From: Desulfonatronospira sp.
GTDB taxonomy: Bacteria; Desulfobacterota; Desulfovibrionia; Desulfovibrionales; Desulfonatronovibrionaceae
Assembly (NCBI GenBank): GCA_007127015.1
Contig: SLAE01000021.1
Location: forward strand, 1-39,610
Direction: 5' to 3'
Length of the DNA: 39,610 nt
Position numbers and translations under genes: made by a program. Under the pieces are notes generated by a model. It was not told the origin of the DNA. It saw nothing but the letters and a program-made list of their open reading frames with translations, and ran no database searches. Of this stretch, positions 18,823-28,724 are shown piece by piece. Each line of letters opens with the position of its first letter. The stretch's first letter is position 1.

Positions 18823-19317
18823 TTATTCTTGCTCAATGCTCTCCTGAACTTCCCGCATGAGTTCCCTGGCCTGCATTAGTTTTTCCTGCTGTTCAGGGGA
18901 GACCTGGGTGCCTACATATTCTGTTTTTTGGGACATTTCCTCGAGCATGCCGCCAAGAACTATGTTTCGAACCATGGCAGGCAGGTTTTCAAGTTCTGCG
19001 ACCCGGTTGTCCAGTGCTTGCAAATCTTCGGTCATGCCCTCAAGGTCTGCGGCTAATTCTTCTATACCATTATCAAGCTTTTGTTCAATCTCTTCAACCA
19101 AAGCAATGGCCTCATCAACCTGACCCACCTGTTCCTGAATTTGATTGACCTGTGAATTGACCGTATAATAAAAAATGATCAACAAAAATATGGCCAAAAC
19201 TGAAATTACCAAGGCCACCTTGCCCATATCCTGTCTGACATTGCTTACATCATCAGCTGAAAAGCTGGGATTGCTGCTTTGCTCTTCACCGACGGGCTTG
19301 ATTTTTTCCTGGGACAT
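18823..19317 (-). CDS. Hypothetical single-TM protein with acidic coiled coil
   Basis: 164 aa; TM VALVISVLAIFLLIIFYY followed by E/Q/D-rich heptads; AGGAGG RBS; own terminator. Confidence 0.8.
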   Translation of the reverse strand: MSQEKIKPVGEEQSSNPSFSADDVSNVRQDMGKVALVISVLAIFLLIIFYYTVNSQVNQIQEQVGQVDEAIALVEEIEQKLDNGIEELAADLEGMTEDLQALDNRVAELENLPAMVRNIVLGGMLEEMSQKTEYVGTQVSPEQQEKLMQARELMREVQESIEQE

Positions 19318-19782
19318 TACCTGAAAACCTCCTGTTTAAGAATTTTTGGTCATTTTAAAGGGATTGACAACCGTTAATTCATTGCCTGCCCAAGATTCAA
19401 GGCATGTCTGTCATCGACAGCTCTGCCAGATCCGGCGGCTTACCGCCTTTCGTTCTGGTCATTACCTGAAACAAAGATGTATAGCAAGTTTAAACTTTTC
19501 ATGATCAGCATCTGGAGGACATATAAACAATTAAGAAATTAATAATATTGATAATGAATGAATCTACAGGGGTTTAATCAAGTTCCCAGAAACTGTAGAC
19601 GATAAATTTCATCGCCTCATGAGTACAGGCAATAATCAGTTTATAAATGAACGTTCGGCCTGCATGGACTTTTTAGATGATTTTCATCCTTGATTTTTTG
19701 CTTTTGATCAATAATAACGTTTCTGCGCAAAGGTGAGCCTTGGGACATTTCCACAAATTTTTTGCCAGTTTAAGGGGAGGTT

Positions 19783-21093
19783 ATGGCTGTTAAATTTAAA
19801 AGAGGTTTTTGGATACTTCTTATTTTGGTTCTGGCTGGGGGGCTTGGGTTTGTATATTTTAATTTTGTTGATAAACAAAAGCCGGTTATAGAAATTTATC
19901 CAGAAACAGCCTTCACCAATGGAGCAGAACCCTTTGAACTCAGGATCCATGACCCTGGACTTGGACTTAGAAGAGTGGAAATTTCTGTGGTTCAGGGTCA
20001 GGAAGTTTTAAAGACTGTTCGTGAAAATTTCGACCCGGGCGTTCATGACTGGAAGACAAGACTCAATCTGCCGGACCTGAGCCAGGGAGAATTTGAACTG
20101 AGGGTTCTGGCAGTGGACCGGTCCATTCTCAACTGGGGCCGGGGCAATGTCTCCCATCTCTCCAGGCAGATGACCTTCGATAATGTACCTCCTTCCATTT
20201 CTCTGGCCACCCACGTGCACAACTTGAATCAGGGCGGGGCTGGACTGGTAATATACACAGTGTCAAAGGAAGTAGAAAAAACCGGAGTCCGACTGGGAGG
20301 TTACTTCTTTCCTGCCTACCAAAAAACTGATGGAAGGTATTACTGTCTGTTTTCTTTTGCCTATGACATCGCACCCGGAGATGAGACTCCGCGCATTCTG
20401 GCAAGAGACATGGCCGGCAATGAACAGACTTCCGGATTCAATCATCATGTAAATTCGCGTTCCTTCAGGCAGGCGGACCTGAATATCAGCGACGGTTTTC
20501 TGCATTCACAAATGCCTCAGTTTGAAAACAATTTTTCCGGGGTAAGCGACCCTTTTGAACTGTTTTTGAAGGTCAACCGGGACTTGAGAAAGCAAAACCG
20601 GGCCAGCATAATGGAAATATCTTCCAGAACTTCTTCAGCATTTACCCTGGAAGGAACAATGAAGCGCAAGCCTTCTGCCTTCATGGCCGGCTACGCTGAT
20701 CACAGAAGCTATTATTACCAGGGAGAAGAAGTAGACCAGCAGGTGCATCTGGGAGTTGACCTGGCCTCCACAGCCCAAGCTCCTGTTCCCGCAGCTGAAA
20801 GAGGCAAAGTGGTATTCAGCGGGGATTTGGGAATTTACGGACAGACGGTTATACTTGATCATGGACTGGGTCTGCAGACACTGTATGCCCATCTGAGCAG
20901 TATCGAAGTAAGCAAGGGACAGGATGTAGAGCGCGGACAGCAGCTCGGCCGTACAGGAACAACCGGTCTTGCTGTTGGGGACCACCTGCATTTCGAGGTT
21001 CTTGTTTCAGGTATTTCGGTTAATCCGGCGGAGTGGTGGGATGGAAACTGGCTGGAAAACAACATTTTCAGCAAGCTGAGATCAATGAATTAA
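19783..21093 (+). CDS. M23-family zinc metallopeptidase (peptidoglycan endopeptidase), N-terminally anchored
   Basis: HLGVD (HxxxD), YG..VILDHG, LYAHLS, G.TG..GDHLHF (HxH); GGGGAGG RBS. Confidence 0.93.
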   Translation: MAVKFKRGFWILLILVLAGGLGFVYFNFVDKQKPVIEIYPETAFTNGAEPFELRIHDPGLGLRRVEISVVQGQEVLKTVRENFDPGVHDWKTRLNLPDLSQGEFELRVLAVDRSILNWGRGNVSHLSRQMTFDNVPPSISLATHVHNLNQGGAGLVIYTVSKEVEKTGVRLGGYFFPAYQKTDGRYYCLFSFAYDIAPGDETPRILARDMAGNEQTSGFNHHVNSRSFRQADLNISDGFLHSQMPQFENNFSGVSDPFELFLKVNRDLRKQNRASIMEISSRTSSAFTLEGTMKRKPSAFMAGYADHRSYYYQGEEVDQQVHLGVDLASTAQAPVPAAERGKVVFSGDLGIYGQTVILDHGLGLQTLYAHLSSIEVSKGQDVERGQQLGRTGTTGLAVGDHLHFEVLVSGISVNPAEWWDGNWLENNIFSKLRSMN

Positions 21094-21118
21094 ATCTGGA
21101 CAAGGTTGTTTAAGACTT

Positions 21119-21160
21119 AAAAGCAGGCGCTGAGACTCCCGGAAGGATCGGCGCCTGCTT
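21119..21160. terminator. Probable bidirectional terminator between convergent genes
   Basis: AAGCAGGCGCTGA...TCGGCGCCTGCTT 13-bp stem with one G-U; T-run on minus side. Confidence 0.7.
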
Positions 21161-21238
21161 CAGGTCAAGTATCGCTTGTTAACCATTAATAAAGATATAA
21201 AAAAACAACCGGGTATCTGGAAAAATTACTAAATAATT

Positions 21239-24154
21239 TTAAAGCAGGCGAAATCTGTTTTCCAGTTCAAACTGCTCCCGGTATTGTTCAATATGCTCTT
21301 TGGAGCCCAGGATGCATATCACGCCCTTATCCTCTTTGAAAGCAATGCTCAAAGCTCGGCCGAAGGCCTGAAAATCTTCAAGACCCGTATTCATGATTTC
21401 ATCTCTGATTTTCTGGCGGTATTCGTCTGAAATGTTAGTTAATAGTCTGATCATTGAAGAAAAACCCTTGGCATCGGGCAGTTGGTAACTGTCCATTTCG
21501 CCGATGGCTCCGATGACCGCTTTTTCCACTTCTTCCAGATCCTGGTCCGGGCTTGAAAGGTATTCACCTGAACCGGCAAAAACATCCAAGGTATCCGCGA
21601 TATTAGGATCCCTGTAAGAAGCAAAGGCCATCACATTGCAGAAATGATCATAGCTGCCGAATGCACCGTAAGCCCCGCCCTGAACTCTTATCTTGTCCCA
21701 GAGCCACCCAGCCCTCAACAGCCTGGTAGCCGCCAGAGAAGCTCCGTGAAATGAGTACCGTCCCGCTTCAAGGTTGACCGCGCAACCAACATAGTTGACT
21801 CTGGCAGGGATATACATGGCCTCATTGCCCGGAACGCAGCACCACTTCCAGGTTATTCTGGAAGTTTCAGGCTCAGGGAAAATGCCCGCCAGATCTTTTA
21901 AACCATCCAGACTCTTTTTTATCAGTTCCTCTTCCGCGGTAACGTTTAGTATTGCCGCATCTTTGTTCATGAGCAGGTATTTGATGTCTTCCAGATCTTT
22001 TTGAACCAGGTCCCAATCATCCTCCACCCGTTGCAGGAGGTGTCTCAAAAACAGCAGATAGCTGACACCGGACATGTGCTCCTGAACCCAGTCGGCTTCT
22101 GAATATCTGGCTTTCAGCCGCATGGCCACAAATCGGTGTCCAGCCGGAATAAGAGCCTGCTCCATGCCGGCCTTTTCCTCCAGGACCAGCTGCCTGAAAC
22201 GTTCCCTGTTTTTCAGGTTCACCTGAGTAAGGATGTCTTTTAATATACCAAGCATATCTGGTATCTTGTCCGGAAGTGATTTGCAACGCAGAAACAGCCT
22301 GCTCGAGCTGCCTGTTTCTCCCAAAATGGAATGGGTAAAGGTTACAGGAGCAATGCCCCCTGTATGGCGTCTTATTCTGGTTGACAGTCGGACATAGTCT
22401 TCACTGTCGGTGCCCATTTCCACAAGTGCACGTCCAAACAATGGAATATAACCCAGATATTTCTGTGGCAGAAAATGCAGATCCAGGCCGAGGTCCAGAT
22501 AAAAAATTCCTGCTGTAGGCTGAGGATGGACCATCAGGCTCAGTCCCCTAATTTCCTGCTCCTGTCTTTGAATGATCCGGATTTTTGGCTCCAGATCCTG
22601 TCTGCTTAATCTGGGGATTTTGGCAAGCTCCTTTGCATCATCAGGTTCTTCCTGCCACCGCAGAAGCTTTTGCGTTTCATTGATCAGATCCTGATAATTT
22701 TTCCGGTCTAACTTTTTCTTGATCTCCTCAAGCCGGCGTTTCTCCATTTCCTGAATTTTCAGGTCCAACCGCGGATCCGGCTTCAGGACAACTACTGTCC
22801 TGTGGCTGTTGTCCAGAAAATGCTTCTGGATAAGGTCTTCAAATACATTTGATCCCTGTTTGATCTCAAAGTCCAGCTCCTTCAATGTTTCGGAAAATTC
22901 AAGGAGGATAAACGGGCTTTTATCATACAGCCAGGTGCTCAGAGCCCGGAACATGACCGCCAGTCCGCGTGGAAATGATCCGGTGTTATTCTCCCGCAAT
23001 GCAAATTCCACGCTGCTTAAGGCAGCTTTGACTATCTCAGGATCTATTCCATTACGGGCCAGATCCTGTAAAGTTTCGTGGATAAGCTTTTCCACCCTGT
23101 CCAGGTTTTCTGAAGCAACACCTCTCATGCCTGTAGAATAGTACATCTGCAGAATGTCCGTCTCCAGGCCCGCTCCAGCCAGATCTTCACCCAGCCCTGA
23201 TTCGATAAGTCTTTGACGCAAGGGAGAGCCGGGCATTCCTGTAAGTATGAAATCCAGAATGCGAAGCCTTAGATTCAAACGGGCATCACATGTTTCCGGC
23301 AGCAGCCAGTTGATGGTCAGATAATGTCTGGCGTTACTTTCAGGGTCAGCGCTGTAGCCATGCTCATGTTTCTGCCCCAGCTTTTGTCTTGGTTGAGGTC
23401 TGACCACGGACTCAACATTCAGTGGCTCAAAAAGATCCAGATATTCTTTCAGCTTTTCCAGTCTTTCTTGTTCCGGATCATCTCCGTAAAAAAAGATCCA
23501 GGCATTGGAAGGATGATAATAGCGGCGATGAAATTGAATAAAATCCTCATAGGTAAGATCTGGAATTGCTTCCGGGTTCCCCCCGGAGTCCAGGCCGTAT
23601 ACAGCCTCAGGAAATATGGACTGCTGAGAATAATCTCCCAGAAGGCTGTCCGGAGAAGAGTAGGCCCCTTTCATTTCATTGTAGACCACACCTTTGAACT
23701 GAAGCGGAGCATCCGGTCCTTTAAGCTCCAGATGCCATCCTTCCTGGGCGAATACCTCCCTGGAAAGATTAGGAAAAAAAACGGCATCCAGGTATACGTC
23801 CATGAGGTTGTATAGGTCCTGCCGGTTTTGACTGGCCACGGGATAGCAGGTTTTGTCCGGAAAGGTCATAGCGTTCAAAAAGGTCTGCAGCGAACTCTTC
23901 AAAAGTTCCACAAAAGGCTCCTTGACCTTGTACTTGCGCGAACCACACAGGACTGAATGTTCCAGAATATGAGCAACACCGGAGCTATCGCTTGGCGGCG
24001 TACGGAAGCTTAGCCCGAAAACCTTGTTTTCATCTTCATTTGTGAGGGAAAGTATCCTGGCTCCGGTCCTGTCGTGCGTAAAAAGCCTGGCCAGGGAATT
24101 GATTTCCTTGATATTTTTTTCTTCGATCAGAGTGTATCCAGTTGTCAGCTGCAC
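21239..24154 (-). CDS. M16C (insulinase family) presequence-protease-like peptidase
   Basis: HILEH inverted zinc motif, FLNAMTFPDKTCYP, GVVYNEMKG, RVQGGAYG, SYRDPN; 971 aa. Confidence 0.93.
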   Translation of the reverse strand: MQLTTGYTLIEEKNIKEINSLARLFTHDRTGARILSLTNEDENKVFGLSFRTPPSDSSGVAHILEHSVLCGSRKYKVKEPFVELLKSSLQTFLNAMTFPDKTCYPVASQNRQDLYNLMDVYLDAVFFPNLSREVFAQEGWHLELKGPDAPLQFKGVVYNEMKGAYSSPDSLLGDYSQQSIFPEAVYGLDSGGNPEAIPDLTYEDFIQFHRRYYHPSNAWIFFYGDDPEQERLEKLKEYLDLFEPLNVESVVRPQPRQKLGQKHEHGYSADPESNARHYLTINWLLPETCDARLNLRLRILDFILTGMPGSPLRQRLIESGLGEDLAGAGLETDILQMYYSTGMRGVASENLDRVEKLIHETLQDLARNGIDPEIVKAALSSVEFALRENNTGSFPRGLAVMFRALSTWLYDKSPFILLEFSETLKELDFEIKQGSNVFEDLIQKHFLDNSHRTVVVLKPDPRLDLKIQEMEKRRLEEIKKKLDRKNYQDLINETQKLLRWQEEPDDAKELAKIPRLSRQDLEPKIRIIQRQEQEIRGLSLMVHPQPTAGIFYLDLGLDLHFLPQKYLGYIPLFGRALVEMGTDSEDYVRLSTRIRRHTGGIAPVTFTHSILGETGSSSRLFLRCKSLPDKIPDMLGILKDILTQVNLKNRERFRQLVLEEKAGMEQALIPAGHRFVAMRLKARYSEADWVQEHMSGVSYLLFLRHLLQRVEDDWDLVQKDLEDIKYLLMNKDAAILNVTAEEELIKKSLDGLKDLAGIFPEPETSRITWKWCCVPGNEAMYIPARVNYVGCAVNLEAGRYSFHGASLAATRLLRAGWLWDKIRVQGGAYGAFGSYDHFCNVMAFASYRDPNIADTLDVFAGSGEYLSSPDQDLEEVEKAVIGAIGEMDSYQLPDAKGFSSMIRLLTNISDEYRQKIRDEIMNTGLEDFQAFGRALSIAFKEDKGVICILGSKEHIEQYREQFELENRFRLL

Positions 24155-24403
24155 AGTTTTCCTCCAATAGCGCTTAAATTATCTTTATCATCTTAATACT
24201 TCTGCATAATAATATTCAGGCATAAACTCAAGCTTTGCCGGAGGTGATTTTTTAGTATATACTTTTTATTTTTCTGCATTCAGTCCTGCCCTGATGTCTC
24301 CCAAGAGGACTGCCTGTACTTGACTTAATCTATAGAATAAGACATTTTTTATATTTATTTTTTAAATACCATGTTTTAGGATAGCTCATAACAAAGGATT
24401 GTC

Positions 24404-27217
24404 ATGACCAACTATAAAGATACCTTGAACCTGCCTCAGACCGGGTTTTCCATGCGGGCCAACCTTACAGCTAATGAGCCTTTAACACTAAAATTCTGGC
24501 AAAAAAAAGATGCCTACAGGCAGATGGTCCAGGCCAGCAACAATTGTCCACGCTACGTTCTGCATGACGGGCCCCCTTATGCCAATGGGCATATCCACAT
24601 GGGAACAGCCATGAACAAGGTGCTCAAGGACATCATCGTCAAATCCAGAAACTTTCAAGGCTACCTTGCCGAATACGTCCCGGGCTGGGATTGTCACGGA
24701 CTGCCCATTGAACACAAAGTTGCCCAGCAGCTAAGAGCCAAGAACAAGCAGGTGCCTCCTTTGACGCTTCGCCGGCTCTGCCGGGAATATGCTGAAAAAT
24801 ATCTGGATATCCAGCGCAATGAATTTAAGCGCCTGGGCGTTTTTGGAACATGGGATCACCCCTATCTGACAATGCACCCGGCCTATGAAGCAGCAATCGC
24901 CCGTGAGCTGGGCCGGTTCATGGAGAAGGGCCAGGTGGTACGGGGCAAAAAGCCCATCTACTGGTGTATGGATTGTCAGACCGCGCTTGCTGAAGCTGAG
25001 GTTGAATATGCTCTGCATACTTCACCTTCTATTTACGTATCCTTTCCCCTTGATGACTCAAGACTTCAAAATGTATTTCCCGAAGCCCAGCCGAACAGGA
25101 CCTTCGCTCTCATCTGGACCACCACACCCTGGACACTGCCCGGCAACCAGGCTGTAGCTCTTCATCCGGACTTTGAATATTCTCTGGTTGAAGCGGATGG
25201 CAATTTTTATCTGCTGGCCAGTGATCTGGTGGAAAAAAACGCTTCTGATTTCGGGTGGAGTAAGGTTGTTGAGACGGGCAGAGCCAGGGGACGGGACCTT
25301 GAGGGCCTGAAAGCCCGGCACCCCTTCCTGGAGCGAAGCTCCCCATTAGTGCTGGCTGAATACGTAACCCTGGAAAGCGGAACAGGACTGGTGCACACAG
25401 CTCCGGGACATGGCCGTGAGGATTATGAGACTGGACTTAAATACGGACTGAAAGTGCTGTCACCTCTGAACGACAAGGGATGTTTTGACGCTTCCGTGTC
25501 CTTTCTGGCCGGAAAGAATGTCTTTGAGGCCAATTCACTGGTCATCTCCAGGCTCAAAGAGCTTGATCTTCTGCCTGGAGCAAAAAAGCAAAGCCATTCA
25601 TATCCCCATTGCTGGCGCTGCAAGCAGCCGGTGATTTTCAGGGCCACCACCCAGTGGTTCATTGTCATGGATCAAAATGATCTTCGACGAAAGTCTCTGG
25701 AAGCTATCTTACATAATGTACAGTGGATACCTTCCTGGGGACGCGAACGTATCTATTCCATGATCGAGCAGCGTCCGGACTGGTGTATTTCCAGGCAGAG
25801 AAACTGGGGAGTGCCGATAATCGCCCTTCTTTGTTCAGGATGCGACTATGCCTACACTGAGCCTGACTGGATCTATTCCATAGTGCAGCGCTTTGAGACT
25901 CATGATCGAGGATGCGACTACTGGTTTGAGGCTGATATCCAGGAACTTGCTCCACAAGGGCTCATCTGTCCCCAATGCGGCTCAAAAAACTGGAGAAAAG
26001 AAACCGACATATTGGATGTATGGTTCGATTCCGGGACCAGTTTTGCCGCTGTTCTGGAAAAGCGCCAGGAATGCACTTTTCCTGCTGATATATATCTGGA
26101 AGGAACCGACCAGCACAGGGGATGGTTTCACAGTTCTCTGCTGGCAGCCGTGGGCACCAGAGCAACACCCCCATATAAAACAGTGCTGACCCATGGTTAC
26201 GTAGTGGATGGAGAAGGGCGCAAGATGTCCAAATCCCTGGGCAACGTAGTTGCTCCTCAGGAGATCATCGACAAGTACGGTGCGGAAATCCTGCGCATAT
26301 GGGTGGCTGCAGTGGATTATCAGGAAGATGTGCGCATTTCTGAAGAGATCCTGACCAGACTGGTTGATGCCTATCGCAGGATAAGAAACACCTGCCGCTT
26401 CATTTTGGGCAATCTGTTTGATTTCGATCCCGAAGAGGATATGGTGGTTTCTCAGGATATGAATTCCCTGGATCGTTACGCGCTGCACCTGGTTCTGGAG
26501 AAAGACAGGCTCATGGGCAAGGCTTTTGATCGTTTTGAATTCCACAAGGTCTATCACAGCCTGCACAATCTGTGCGTTCTTGAGCTTTCTTCTTTTTATC
26601 TGGATATCATTAAAGACCGACTGTACGTGTCAGCTCCTGCCAGCCCAGAGCGCAGATCAGCCCAGAGCGCTCTTTTCCAGATTCTGCAGGTGCTGATGAA
26701 AAATATGGCCCCGATTCTTAGCTTCACTGCAGAGGAGCTTTACCGGAATCTGCCTGAAGGGCTGAAAGGCGAGTCGGAGACCGTGTTTGGCTGGCGTCCC
26801 CAACTATTCGATATAAAAATTGACACTCAGGAAAAAGAACTCTGGGAGCTGGTCAAGGATGTGCGCCAGGAAGTCACCAAGGCTATAGAGCCATTGCGCA
26901 AATCCAAGGAACTTGGTCATTCTCTGGATGCCTGGGTGATACTGTACCTGGACGAGGATAAGCTGTCAGCACTGCAAAGTGTTGAAGAACAATTAAGAGA
27001 TGTTTTCATTGTATCACGGGTGAATCTCAAACCTTTGAATCAGGCGGCGGAAAACGCCTTAAAAAGCAGTGAGGTGGAGGGCCTGACCATAGATGTGCTC
27101 AGGGCGCCAGGAGAAAAATGTCCCCGTTGCTGGGTTTACAGCCAGGAACTAGATGCGTCTTCTGCGGCAAACGGGGTTTGTCCAAGATGTGCCGGGGTTT
27201 TGTCTTTTATTGAATAA
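24404..27217 (+). CDS. ileS: Isoleucine--tRNA ligase (type 1)
   Basis: [52 protein letters not shown]-terminal CPRC...CPRC. Confidence 0.98.
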   Translation: MTNYKDTLNLPQTGFSMRANLTANEPLTLKFWQKKDAYRQMVQASNNCPRYVLHDGPPYANGHIHMGTAMNKVLKDIIVKSRNFQGYLAEYVPGWDCHGLPIEHKVAQQLRAKNKQVPPLTLRRLCREYAEKYLDIQRNEFKRLGVFGTWDHPYLTMHPAYEAAIARELGRFMEKGQVVRGKKPIYWCMDCQTALAEAEVEYALHTSPSIYVSFPLDDSRLQNVFPEAQPNRTFALIWTTTPWTLPGNQAVALHPDFEYSLVEADGNFYLLASDLVEKNASDFGWSKVVETGRARGRDLEGLKARHPFLERSSPLVLAEYVTLESGTGLVHTAPGHGREDYETGLKYGLKVLSPLNDKGCFDASVSFLAGKNVFEANSLVISRLKELDLLPGAKKQSHSYPHCWRCKQPVIFRATTQWFIVMDQNDLRRKSLEAILHNVQWIPSWGRERIYSMIEQRPDWCISRQRNWGVPIIALLCSGCDYAYTEPDWIYSIVQRFETHDRGCDYWFEADIQELAPQGLICPQCGSKNWRKETDILDVWFDSGTSFAAVLEKRQECTFPADIYLEGTDQHRGWFHSSLLAAVGTRATPPYKTVLTHGYVVDGEGRKMSKSLGNVVAPQEIIDKYGAEILRIWVAAVDYQEDVRISEEILTRLVDAYRRIRNTCRFILGNLFDFDPEEDMVVSQDMNSLDRYALHLVLEKDRLMGKAFDRFEFHKVYHSLHNLCVLELSSFYLDIIKDRLYVSAPASPERRSAQSALFQILQVLMKNMAPILSFTAEELYRNLPEGLKGESETVFGWRPQLFDIKIDTQEKELWELVKDVRQEVTKAIEPLRKSKELGHSLDAWVILYLDEDKLSALQSVEEQLRDVFIVSRVNLKPLNQAAENALKSSEVEGLTIDVLRAPGEKCPRCWVYSQELDASSAANGVCPRCAGVLSFIE

Positions 27218-27251
27218 CACGCTTATAACGTTTATCAGGTAAGGAAAAGAA

Positions 27252-27746
27252 ATGGGTTACAAATATAAACTCGTCTTGTTTCTGGGTGTGACAATACTCA
27301 TTTTGGATCAGATAACCAAACTCTGGATTGAAAGCAATTTTGTGCTGGGCGAAACAAGAACCGTAATTCCCGGTCTGTTCAACCTGGTCTTTGTGCTTAA
27401 CAAAGGTGCTGCCTTTGGTTTTCTGGCTGATCTGGAGGGTAATCTCAGAACCTATTTTTTTATCGGTGCCACCGCGCTGGCGGTAGTGTTGATCATTTAT
27501 CTGCTTAGAACCGTACACCGGAGGGATTATTACCTGTTCTCCGCATTGGGGCTTATACTGGGCGGTGCTCTGGGGAACATGATCGACCGCATCAGGCTGG
27601 GGATGGTCATCGATTTTCTTGATTTTCATCTTGGCAGTCATCACTGGCCTGCTTTCAATATTGCTGATGTAGCCATATCCATTGGAGCGATACTGCTTAT
27701 AGTGTCTTTTTATAAGAAAAAGCGTTATGCAACCGATTCTGACTGA
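27252..27746 (+). CDS. lspA: Lipoprotein signal peptidase II
   Basis: DQITK, NKGAAFG, GALGNMIDR, VIDFL, FNIAD; both catalytic Asp present; follows ileS. Confidence 0.97.
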   Translation: MGYKYKLVLFLGVTILILDQITKLWIESNFVLGETRTVIPGLFNLVFVLNKGAAFGFLADLEGNLRTYFFIGATALAVVLIIYLLRTVHRRDYYLFSALGLILGGALGNMIDRIRLGMVIDFLDFHLGSHHWPAFNIADVAISIGAILLIVSFYKKKRYATDSD

Positions 27747-28476
27747 AATCGGCGGGATCAGCATCTATGCATTCGGGTTTTTCATGGCCGCTTCCTACCT
27801 GCTGGGTATGGCCTGGACTATACGCGAGGCAGGTCGAAAAGATCTGGACAGCAGTCTGGTCCTTGAGTTTGGTTTTTATGTACTTCTGGGAGGGCTGATA
27901 GGAGCAAGACTTTTTTTCTTGCTTTTGAATCCGGAAAGCATACCCGGCGGTCTTCAAGGCCTTATCAGATTTTGGGACGGCGGGCTCGTGTTTATCGGCG
28001 GAGCGCTTTCAGGTGTTTTGATTCTAATATTTTTCTTGAAAATAAAAAAGCAGGACATCCTGGTCTGGCTGGATTCCGCAGCTCCGGGGATTGCTCTTGG
28101 CCTTGTCCTTGGATGGGCGGGCTGTTTTGTTGCAGGCTGCGCCTTTGGAAGCCCAACCAACGTTCCCTGGGCGGTTACCTTCACACATCCGGATTCCATG
28201 GCTCCCCTTTATGTTCAGGTGCATCCCACCCAGATTTACTATTCTCTGGCTGCTCTGACAGTTTTCATATTGCTTACGGCCATTAAGAACATGCTGACTG
28301 CAAAAGGAAGTCTTGCAGGTCTTTTTATTATCCTGTATGCTTTTTTTAATTTTGGAATTGATTTTTTCCGGGCTGATCATCAGGCATTGCTGGGTTATTT
28401 AAGTTTTTCCCAGCTGGTTTTTGTGATGCTTGCGCCTGCAGGCCTGGCTCTCATGCTTGGAAGATCAAAGAGTTAA
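27727..28476 (+). CDS. lgt: Prolipoprotein diacylglyceryl transferase homolog (catalytic residues appear degenerate)
   Basis: GGLIGARL, WDGGLVFIGG, GCFVAGCAFG.PT..PW, HPTQIY, FFR; follows lspA. Confidence 0.8.
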   Translation: MQPILTEIGGISIYAFGFFMAASYLLGMAWTIREAGRKDLDSSLVLEFGFYVLLGGLIGARLFFLLLNPESIPGGLQGLIRFWDGGLVFIGGALSGVLILIFFLKIKKQDILVWLDSAAPGIALGLVLGWAGCFVAGCAFGSPTNVPWAVTFTHPDSMAPLYVQVHPTQIYYSLAALTVFILLTAIKNMLTAKGSLAGLFIILYAFFNFGIDFFRADHQALLGYLSFSQLVFVMLAPAGLALMLGRSKS

Positions 28477-28496
28477 AATGATTTTTAAGGATTTTT

Positions 28497-28724
28497 ATGT
28501 TTAAAATACCCGTAATCGAAGTAATCAGTACCAGCCCCTGGGCGCTTCTTTTGCTTGTTCTTCCCATCCTGCCTAATTTATGGGCAATCTTGCATATTTT
28601 TCGCTGCGACTTCAACACGGCCCAGGAAAAAATGGTCTGGATCGCTCTGGCGGTTTTCGTTCCCCTGCTGGGAGGAATTGCTTATCTTGTCCTGGGTCGC
28701 AGGAGAGGGGTCAAGGTGTCATGA
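28497..28724 (+). CDS. Small membrane protein, PLDc N-terminal (phospholipase D nuclease N-terminal) domain
   Basis: 75 aa; LWAILHI...EKMVWI..VFVPLLGGIAYLVLGR pattern. Confidence 0.8.
   Translation: MFKIPVIEVISTSPWALLLLVLPILPNLWAILHIFRCDFNTAQEKMVWIALAVFVPLLGGIAYLVLGRRRGVKVS

Noticed and set aside
19360-19480. Partial resemblance to a lysine riboswitch (GAAAGG...GCCG...TGTC)
   Set aside because: No 5' AGAGG element or matching P1, and the downstream gene is unrelated to lysine; kept only as an unclassified structured leader
21121-21160. CCGGAAGGA resembling the SRP RNA loop
   Set aside because: Flanking SRP domain IV sequence (CAGG...AGCAGC) is absent; better explained as a terminator between convergent genes
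28580-28720. 47-aa N-terminal extension of the CpoB ORF in the track
   Set aside because: It overlaps the PLDc_N gene; ATG 28721 gives a proper lipoprotein signal
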